A stretch of 63,625 nucleotides of DNA from Octopus sinensis (GCF_006345805.1 NW_021832129.1:1-63625), one strand, 5' to 3'; positions 25,495-34,350 are shown, counted from the stretch's first letter. Numbers and translations are program-made. Notes: generated by a model from the letters alone, not told the origin.

Positions 25495-26895
25495 ATGGAC
25501 TATGAGTCTCTAACAGACTTGTCCACGACAGATGAGGAACTGGAACAGGCAATTGCAGTGAAGCTGATGGAGGAAAAGGCTGGAGTTTTCGAGTCTTTAT
25601 CAGACTTGTCTGAGAAGAGCTAGAAATGGCAGCAAGGAAATTGGAAAAGAAGCTGAGTTATACTTATGCCGGTGTAACCAAGAAGGCGGAAGAGAAAGGG
25701 GTCGACTTGGCCAAGCTACCAAGTTACCAGAAACACATGAAAAAGGAAAGCGGTGAGGTGGAACTATCACCGACACCCAGGAGAAAAGAATGGTATGATA
25801 AGAGGACCATTGTTTACAGGGTGTTCGCAAACGAAAGGAAGAGGGTAGAAGTTGTAACCATGGAATGGATAGAGGAAGCCCTGCGAAGAACTGAGGAGGA
25901 AATAAATTTTCTGACTCGAGGATCCAAGTACGGGACCGTAGTTGTGCATTTTAAAAGTGAATCTGCAGCGAGGAAGATGGCGGCGAAGGCGGTGAAGTCG
26001 GAAAAGGTAACACTGTTACCTACGTATTTAAACAGGAGGATTACACGAATAAGGTGGAGGGAGTGCCACCAACGTGGAGGCAGAATGGATTGTGGCGGCT
26101 GTGATCAGCGGCCACGAGGACGAAGTAGATATTCTCCATGCCTCGTTAAGTCCGAGGCTGGAGAGGCGTAACAGTGGAGCTGAACGTACAGGCAGAGACC
26201 GAGGTACTGTGGACCTGACGGAAAGCATCAGACTGGAGAAGTGATCATGAGAGTGTGGGTGGAGGCAGGGCTCCACGTTGTTACAAGTGTGGCCTGAGGG
26301 GTCACATAAGAGCCTTCTGCCCTCCCCCAGGGAAAAATGGATCCCGAACCAGAGAGAGAGAAGCAGAAACCAGAGGAAGAAGAAACAGAGGAAGAGAATA
26401 CACAGAAATGGAAGGAAGCTGGAAGTAAGAGGAAGAGAAGAATACGTGGAAAAGAAAATAATATGGAACTCCAATCCACCCCAAAACCACCCACGCCCTC
26501 TGAGTCCCACCCTATCCATGCAGACATTGAACCCCCCCGCTCCCCCCCAACAAGAAAACAAAAGAAAAAAAGAATACACACACACAAGAGATTGAAATCG
26601 ATATCAGAGGCCGTACATTTGTACTATGACTGAACAGAAAGAAGTTAAAAGTCTAATGGAAGAGTATAAATGGTATGATGTTGGTGAGACTAGGTATGCT
26701 GTGATTGAAAAGAAGAACATAGGTGACTTTATGGTGATGTGTGAATGCGAGAATTGGGAGGTGAAAGATATAAGAATGAGCGATGAATTCGTGGAAAATA
26801 TGGATGAGTATTTCGGAGTAAGAATGGATATGGAATTTGTTCGTATTGGCAAGGAACATTCAAGTGACTATGAAAAACAAAGGACAGGTAAGTGA
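25495..26895 (+). CDS. Element A unit 11 ORF1 (frameshifted as assembled)
   Basis: Fragments 25626-26171, 26337-26633 and 26626-26895. Confidence 0.75.
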
Positions 26896-27237
26896 TGCTG
26901 ACGGACGGGGCCGTTGGTATCGCTTTCATTTAATCATTTTTTCGTTTAACAATTCATGTTCATAAAGTTTAATTATAATGTTATATGTCCCCATGTTTCT
27001 TAGTGTCCCTTTCTGTGTCGCCCCTAGTGGGTAATAAAGAAATAAGAAACGTCACCACTTCGTTTGACGTCGGTGTGTTTTTTTTCGGCTCCTGAAAATT
27101 CGGTAAAAAGAACAAAAAGCGTGGTTGTTGTTGTGGAAACTCTGAACGGCGTTGACGCGGTTTCGCGTTTCGCTCGTTCAGCGCGTTAAACTTTTTTCTG
27201 TTTTGGCGGCCGTTTTCGGTCTGTCAGACAGAAGGAA

Positions 27238-28639
27238 ATGGACTATGAGTCTCTAACAGACTTGTCCCACGCAGATGAGGAACTGGAACAGGCAATTGCA
27301 GTGAAGCTGATGGAGGAAAAGGCTGGAGTTTTCGAGTCTTTATCAGACTTGTCTGAGAAGGAGCTAGAAATGGCAGCAAGGAAATTGGAAAAGAAGCTGA
27401 GTTATACTTATGCCGGTGTAACCAAGAAGGCGGAAGAGAAGGGGTCGACTTGGCCAAGCTACCAAGTTACCAGAAACACATGAAAAAGGAAAGCGGTGAG
27501 GTGGAACTATCACCGACACCCAGGAGAAAAGAATGGTATGATAAGAGGCCATTGTTTACAGGGTGTTCGCAAACGAAAGGAAGAGGGTAGAAGTTTAACC
27601 ATGGAATGGATAGAGGAAGCCCTGCGAAGAACTGAGGAGGAAATAAATTTTCTGACTCGAGGATCCAAGTATGGGACCGTAGTTGCATTTTTTTAAAAGT
27701 GAATCTGCAGCGAGGAAGATGGCGGCGAAGGCGGTGAAGTCGGAAAAGGTAACACTGTTACCTACGTATTTAACAGGAGGATTACACGAATAAGGGTGGA
27801 GGGAGTGCCACCAAACGTGGAGGCAGAATGGATTGTGGCGGCTGTGATCAGCGGCCACGAGGACGAAGTAGATATTCTCCATGCCTCGGTTAAGTCCGAG
27901 GCTGGAGAGGCGTAACAGTGGAGCTGAACGTACAGGCAGAGACCGAGGTACTGGTGGACCTGACGGAAAGCATCAGACTGGGAGAAGTGATCATGAGAGT
28001 GTGGGTGGAGGCAGGGCTCCACGTTGTTACAAGTGTGGCCTGAGGGGTCACATAAGAGCCTTCTGCCCTCCCCCAGGGAAAGAAATGGATCCCGAACCAG
28101 AGAGAGAGAAGCAGAAACCAGAGGAGAAGGAAACAGAGGAAGAGAATACACAGAATGGAAGGAAGCTGGAAGTAAGAGGAAGAAGAATACGTGGAAAAGA
28201 AAATAATATGGAACTCCAATCCACCCCAAAACCACCCACGCCCTCTGAGTCCCACCCTATCCATGCAGACATTGAACCCCCCCTCTCCCCCCACAACAAG
28301 AAAACAAAAGAAAAAAAAGAATACACACACACAAGAGATTGAAATCGATATCAGGCCGTACATTTGTACTATGACTGAACAGAAAGAAGTTAAAAGTCTA
28401 ATGGAAGAGTATAAATGGTATGATGTTGGTGAGACTAGGTATGCTGTGATTGAAAAGAAGAACATAGGTGACTTTATGGTGATGTGTGAATGCGAGAATT
28501 GGGAGGTGAAAGATATAAGAATGAGCGATGAATTCGTGGAAAATATGGATGAGTATTTCGGAGTAAGAATGGATATGGAATTTGTTCGTATTGGCAAGGA
28601 ACATTCAAGTGACTATGAAAAACAAGGACAGGTAAGTGA
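27238..28639 (+). CDS. Element A unit 12 ORF1 (frameshifted as assembled)
   Basis: Fragments 27238-27483, 27881-28342 and 28191-28709. The last reads ...KKKKNTHTQEIEIDIRPYICTMTEQ in frame. Confidence 0.75.
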
Positions 28640-28984
28640 TGCTGACGGACGGGGCCGTTGGTATCGCTTTCATTTAATCATTTTTTCGTTTAACAATTCA
28701 TGTTCATAAAGTTTAATTATAATGTTATATGTCCCCATGTTTCTTAGTGTCCCTTTCTGTGTCGCCCCTAGTGGTAATAAAGAAATAAGAAACGTCACCA
28801 CTTCTTCGTTTGACGTCGTTGTGTTTTTTTTCGGCTCCTGAAAATTCGGTAAAAAAGAACAAAAAGCGTGGTTGTTGTTGTGGAAATTCTGAACGGCGTT
28901 GACGCGGTTTCGCGTTTCGCTCGTTCAGCGCGTTAAACTTTTTTCTGTTTTGGCGGCCGTTTTCGGTCTGTCAGACAGAAGGAA

Positions 28985-30387
28985 ATGGACTATGAGTCTC
29001 TAACAGACTTGTCCACGACAGATGAGGAACTGGAACAGGCAATTGCAGTGAAGCTGATGGAGGAAAAGGCTGGAGTTTTCGAGTCTTTATCAGACTTGTC
29101 TGAGAAGGAGCTAGAAATGGCAGCAAGGAAATTGGAAAAGAAGCTGAGTTATACTTATGCCGGTGTAACCAAGAAGGCGGAAGAGAAAGGGGTCGACTTG
29201 GCCAAGCTACCAAGTTACCAGAAACACATGAAAAAGGAAAGCGGTGAGGTGGAACTATCACCGACACCCAGGAGAAAAGAATGGTATGATAAGAGGACCA
29301 TTGTTTACAGGGTGTTCGCAAACGAAAGGAAGAGGGTAGAAGTTGTAACCATGGAATGGATAGAGGAAGCCCTGCGAAGAACTGAGGAGGAAATAAATTT
29401 TCTGACTCGAGGATCCAGTATGGGACCGTAGTTGTGCATTTTAAAAGTGAATCTGCAGCGAGGAAGATGGCGGCGAAGGCGGTGAAGTCGGAAAAGGTAC
29501 ACTGTTACCTACGTATTTAACAGGAGGATTACACGAATAAGGGTGGAGGGAGTGCCACCAAACGTGGAGGCAGAATGGATTGTGGCGGCTGTGATCAGCG
29601 GCCACGAGGACGAAGTAGATATTCTCCATGCCTCGGTTAAGTCCGAGGGCTGGAGAGGCGTAACAGTGGAGCTGAACGTACAGGCAGAGACCGAGGTACT
29701 GGTGGACCTGACGGAAAGCATCAGACTGGGAGAAGTGATCATGAGAGTGTGGGTGGAGGGCAGGGCTCCACGTTGTTACAAGTGTGGCCTGAGGGGTCAC
29801 ATAAGAGCCTTCTGCCCTCCCCCAGGGAAAGAATGGATCCCGAACCAGAGAGAGAGAAGCAGAAACAGAGGAGAAGGAAACAGAGGAAGAAATACACAGA
29901 AATGGAAGGAAGCTGGAAGTAAGGAAGAGAAGAATACGTGGAAAAGAAAATAATATGGAACTCCAATCCACCCCAAAACCACCCACGCCCTCTGAGTCCC
30001 ACCCTATCCATGCAGACATTGAACCCACCCCCCCGCTCCCCCCCAACAAAAACAAAAGAAAAAAAAGAATACACACACACAAGAGATTGAAATCGATATC
30101 AGGCCGTACATTTGTACTATGACTGAACAGAAAGAAGTTAAAAGTCTAATGGAAGAGTATAAATGGTATGATGTTGGTGAGACTAGGTATGCTGTGATTG
30201 AAAAGAAGAACATAGGTGACTTTATGGTGATGTGTGAATTCGAGAATTGGGGGTGAAAGATATAAGAATGAGCGATGAATTCGTGGAAAATATGGATGAG
30301 TATTTCGGAGTAAGAATGGATATGGAATTTGTTCGTATTGGCAAGGAACATTCAAGTGACTATGAAAAACAAAGGACAGGTAAGTGA
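28985..30387 (+). CDS. Element A unit 13 ORF1 (frameshifted as assembled)
   Basis: Fragments 28985-29431 and 29543-29953. Stop at 30385-30387. Confidence 0.75.
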
Positions 30388-30838
30388 TGCTGACGGACGG
30401 GGCCGTTGGTATCGCTTTCATTTAATCATTTTTTCGTTTAACAATTCATGTTCATAAAGTTTAATTATAATGTTATATGTCCCCATGTTTCTTAGTGTCC
30501 CTTTCTGTGTCGCCCCTAGTGGGTAATAAAGAAATAAGAAACGTTAGCACGCCGTCAGGGTCGGACGTTGTTTTTTGTTCGGAAGGATGGAAAAAAAAGT
30601 GAAAAATTGTAAAAAAGACGTAACGGGATCAAATCGCGCGAGGCGTGCCGTTGCTTTTATAGAATGAACGCTCGTCGTTTTTACTTTTATAGAAGTTGTC
30701 AATTGTATGGTCCTATGTTTATAACCGTATTTTATTACTAGCTGTTGTTTTTTGGAAAAAAAAAGTTATTTTGATTGTTATTCGAAGTATATTACTTGTT
30801 GTCATTTATTAAGTCGCTAATGAGGGGGTAGGCCAATA

Positions 30839-32164
30839 ATGGCCAGCCCGAAGGCGGACAGAACGAGGACCCGAACCCCAGTCCTAAGCAGAGTCCAGTT
30901 AGCAGATGTCCAGTCCAGAAAGAATGGGTATTACCCGGTTTTTTTCTCTGATACCGACGAAGAGGAAAAAGCGTAACCAATAAGAAAAATTGTCAGGTAC
31001 GCAGAATATAGACTGCCAAGCTTGGCAAAGAAGATGTTACCTTCGCCGAAGCGGCAGGTCCCAAAGAAAAAAAATAATTTATCAAACTGGAGGAAATGAG
31101 AAGACTATATCAAGAACGGTTATGAAATAAAAATACGGCAGTCACAGGAATCTCGTGAAGGGATAGAGAAAAGAACAATATTTTATAAAACGTATAGAAA
31201 TAAAGAGAAAAAGATAGACTTCTCATCTGAAAAGGAAGTGGAACTGTGCTTAAAACCCATCTGGGAAAAAATAAAATTTATCACCAGAGGAAAGTGGAGA
31301 CTAGATTTGAAACGGAAGAAGAAGCAAGAGAACAATCGATGATTCCATTGAGAACGGAGGCGATAACTCTTCTTCCCGTCTACAGAGGAAGACACGTTTC
31401 AAAAATCACGGTAATGAATATACCACCGGAGGTCGAACCTGAACAGATAGTGGCCGCAGTCGCCGCAGGACTGGAAGAGAAACTCGAAATCAGGGACGCT
31501 ACTGTTGAGGACGCCAAAAAGTGGCAAGGACAAAAGGTAAAGATCACGATACAGGTAGAGCCGGCCGTCCTAGAGGAGATGGGAGAGGTAATTCAAATAG
31601 GCGACTGCCGGATGGCTGTAATGGTTGAGGACCGGCAGCCCAGGTGTTTTAACTGCGGCAAAAAAAGGCCATATTAAGAAATATTGTAAACCGGAAGAAG
31701 GGAAGAAAAAGGAAGAGACCCTAAAACCAACTACACAGGTAACTGTAACAACGACAACACCCATACCAGAAGAAGGGAGGGGTGGTCGCAAACAGCTACA
31801 AAGCGAAAACATAAGAACCCCTCCCCGGAGAAAACCAAAAGTGGAGGAGAGAAAAGAGAGGTTAAACAAGCAAAAAAAACCTGAAAAAGAAAATAACGTT
31901 TACGCGGCAATAAACACATCGAATAGAGAAGTGATGCGAAGAGTGGAAACTCACCACATCGAAGAAGTGAAAACAGTGATGGGACAAAGAATGTTCAATC
32001 TACTTGCTAATGACTTTCGAAAGGATCTGTGCTCATCTATGATGAGTGAAGAAGACGCTAAAAAAGACGTCGAAAAGAAGAACACCTGCACGCCGATTCC
32101 ACGGGCCCAGGAAGAAGAAGAGACGGGTTCCCCCCCTTCCGCCGGACCCAGACGAACAAGGTAA
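30839..32164 (+). CDS. Element B ORF1 (RRM-like + CCHC; frameshifted as assembled)
   Basis: KRTIFYK...FITRG...TLLPVYRGRHVSKITVMNIPPEVEPEQIVAAV...RQPRCFNCGKKGHIKKYC. 18 of 32 residues are identical to element A in the TLLP...IVAAV block. Stop TAA at 32162-32164. Confidence 0.8.
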
Positions 32165-32170
32165 GCAGAC

Positions 32171-32456
32171 ATGGCTGTTCATGTTGGCTGTATAAATGTG
32201 CACGGCCTGACATCGACACTGAAACAGGGCGTTTTCCTAAATGATGTCAGGTCGCAGTGTATATGAAGACTAAAACGAAAGTTTGAAAGACAGGCACCAT
32301 GATCTCTGGCTTCCGTCTTGGTGAACTTTTTTAAGTTTCACCTAAAAAAGGTGGAGCTAGAGAAAGGTGTCTGGATACGTGAGTTTCGAAAAAAGATGGA
32401 AGCGTGTCGCACGATTGGTGCGAGTGAAGTGGCCACATGAGCACGCTATGAGTTAG
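32171..32456 (+). pseudogene. Element B ORF2 remnant: APE endonuclease N-terminus fused to ORF2 C-terminus, RT deleted
   Basis: ATG 6 nt after the ORF1 stop gives MAVHVGCINVHGLTSTLKQGVFLNDVRSQCI (hxxxNVxGL APE start motif). It is followed, with frameshifts, by LKTGTMISGFRLVNFFKFHLKKK...FEKRWKRVARLVRV, which resembles Tx1 ORF2 C-termini (recognised from memory, not searched). Confidence 0.7.
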
Positions 32457-32698
32457 CTGCCGAGTTTCAGTGGGAAAAGCAGGGCTCGTGGGGTCGGCAA
32501 TCCTGGTGTTCCATCTTCATATGTCATTTTATGTTGTGTTGTAAAATTATATATAATCCGATTTCTTCGATTTTGTTTTCCAATTTTGTGTAAATTTTTA
32601 AAGATCATTTTTATGTAATCTCCATTCGTTTCTCATGACCCCAAATCATGATGTATTGTCCCCCTCTATGTTGGCCCCTTGTGGGTAATAAAGAAATA

Positions 32699-32913
32699 AG
32701 AAACGTTAGCACGCCGGGCGAAATGCGTAGTCGTATTTCGTCTGCCGTTATGTTCTGAGTTCAAATTTCCGAGGTCGACTTTGCCTTTCATCCTTTCGGG
32801 GTCGATAAATTAAGTACCAGTTACGCACTGGGGTCGATGTAATCAACTTAATCCGTTTGTCTGTCCTTGTTTGTCCCCTCTGTGTTTAGCACCTTGTGGG
32901 TAGTAAAGAAATA
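32699..32913 (+). mobile_element. Remainder of host SINE (family 1, Tx1-type tail)
   Basis: agaaacgttagcacgccgggcgaaatgc...gagttcaaatt (B-box-like)...gaggtcgactttgcctttcatcctttcggggtcg...tagtaaagaaata, followed by the second TSD copy at 32913/32914-32929. Confidence 0.9.
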
Positions 32914-32971
32914 TATTTGTGAAAAAGTATAATTCTTTTCGCCAATAAAGATACCCGGGATTCCATTTTAA

Positions 32972-33134
32972 CCCATTAAGCCCCACTGTCAGGACACCGA
33001 GTATTTCCATTTCTACTTGAAGTAAAGGAGTTTTTAATAATTATTGTTTTTTTTTTCATTTTAACCTATTTTCAATCATCTGTAAAAATTTATAAGTAAT
33101 ATTCAAAAATTTAAGTACCCTGGGACTTAATGGG
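32972..33134. mobile_element. piggyBac-like MITE (163 bp)
   Basis: TTAA at 32968-32971 and 33135-33138. 14 bp TIR cccattaag(c/t)ccca. Confidence 0.75.
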
Positions 33135-33610
33135 TTAAGGAGGTAGGAGGTGTAAACATTCTGTGCGAAGAAACAAACCACATATAGTTAAACTCATGTC
33201 ATTCTTTTCCCAAAGATATTACTGGTAAAAGGGAAGTGAAATTCTTTAAATATGGAATGAAAAGAGGACCACTGCCTCGGTGTTTATTCTACGACGGTCT
33301 CCGGCTGGAAGAAACAAAGTATGACATTGCCATAGTTTGTGGTATTCAATTAGGGATGGTTATATTCGAACTTCAAATACCCACCCATGGGCTTTCCTCT
33401 CTCTCTCTCTCTCAATACTTCTCTTTCTCTCCCCTTCTCCTATCCCTTCTTTTTCTTTCCTCTCCCCTGTCTTTCTTTGTACATCTCTTTTTTTCTCAGC
33501 CCCTGTTTGCCCGTTTGTCTATCTGTCTGTCTCTCCCTCTTGCTCTTTCTCTCTCAGCCTCTATGTCTATATCATTATCAATATACGTTGTTTTATTGTT
33601 TTGGGTGGGT

Positions 33611-33975
33611 CATTACGCCAATAATAATAGCAGACGCACTGGTTCAATTCCACTTCTTTATTGTTAGTCAATTGGTTAAGTTTCTAACCAACTAATCGAT
33701 CGTTTGTTTAATGCGCTGATAACTTTGGAGAGAGAGGGAAAAGAGAGAGAGAGAGAGAGGGGAAAAGGAGAGAGAGAGAGAGGGGGGGAGTTAATAAGTC
33801 ATTGAAAAGGTTGTGGACAACGACGAAAGAACTTCGACCAACAAACAACCGATTGCTTGTTTAACCAGTTCATTAAACAAACAATCGATTAGTTAGCTGA
33901 TATCGAACAATTTGACTAATAATAAAGAAGTGGTGTTGAACCTGTGCGTGTGTTATTATTATAATCGGCGTAATG
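33611..33975. mobile_element. Diverged foldback element with ~105 bp inverted arms (33611-33713, 33871-33975)
   Basis: cattacgcc...ccacttctttatt...aactaatcgat...gtttgtttaatg and its reverse complement. Confidence 0.65.
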
Positions 33976-34203
33976 GCTAACAAGATTTGTTTCAACATAC
34001 GAATTCACAGCGAGAATCTTCCAAGTCAAACACAAAATCGAAAATGTTTATCTCGCCTTCTCTCTCTCCTTTCTTCTCACTTCTTCTCTCTCGGCTTCCC
34101 TCTCACTTCTTTTCTCCCTCCTTCTCGCTCTCTTTCTCTGAATTCTATATTCCATTCATTTACCATATTAATTAATCCAGTTTCCTCCTGATGGTGTTTC
34201 AAT

Positions 34204-34350
34204 TACCGTATTTGATGGCCAATAAAACGCACTTTTTTAACCCCCAAAATGGCTTTAAAAGTCGCCCTCGTCCAATGCACTCAATGTAGGCTCAAAACGG
34301 TATATCTATTTACAAAACATGTGCTGCCATCTGTTGGTGAACAATCGCCT
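34204..34350 (+). mobile_element. Possible Tc1/mariner-type non-autonomous element end
   Basis: taccgtattt...aataaaacgcac resembles a common mariner-MITE terminus. No matching second end identified. Confidence 0.3.

Larger units (their letters stand above)
7841..30536 (+). mobile_element. Head-to-tail tandem array of 13 ORF1-only Tx1/L1-like non-autonomous retroelements (element A, ~1.75 kb unit)
   Basis: Units start at tcaccacttcg (approx. 7841, 9579, 11316, 13069, 14805, 16557, 18301, 20049, 21803, 23554, 25308, 27052, 28795) and end at gggtaataaagaaat(a). Each has a ~190 nt CpG-rich 5' UTR, one gag/ORF1-like ORF and a ~140 nt 3' UTR with AATAAA. There is no RT, endonuclease or LTR. The array is flanked by agaaacg (7834-7840, 30537-30543). 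Confidence 0.92.
30555..32698 (+). mobile_element. Internally deleted Tx1/L1-clade LINE (element B, 2144 bp)
   Basis: Flanked by an exact 18 bp TSD agaaacgttagcacgccg (30537-30554, 32699-32716). Contains 5' UTR, ORF1 homologous to element A, short ORF2 N- and C-terminal remnants, and a 3' tail ending gggtaataaagaaata. Confidence 0.88.

Noticed and set aside
9785-30421. Long minus-strand ORFs in the array (e.g. 359 aa at 9785-10864, 291 aa at 22218-23093)
   Set aside because: Antisense shadows of a purine-rich coding strand. Breakpoints differ between units and no motif is recognisable.
7841-30536. Array as LTR retrotransposon gag, telomeric HeT-A-like array, or host gene family
   Set aside because: No LTRs, primer-binding site or pol. 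No telomeric repeats. The array is interstitial, bounded by TSDs inside a SINE, and homologous to element B, which retains LINE ORF2 ends. Later domestication is not excluded.
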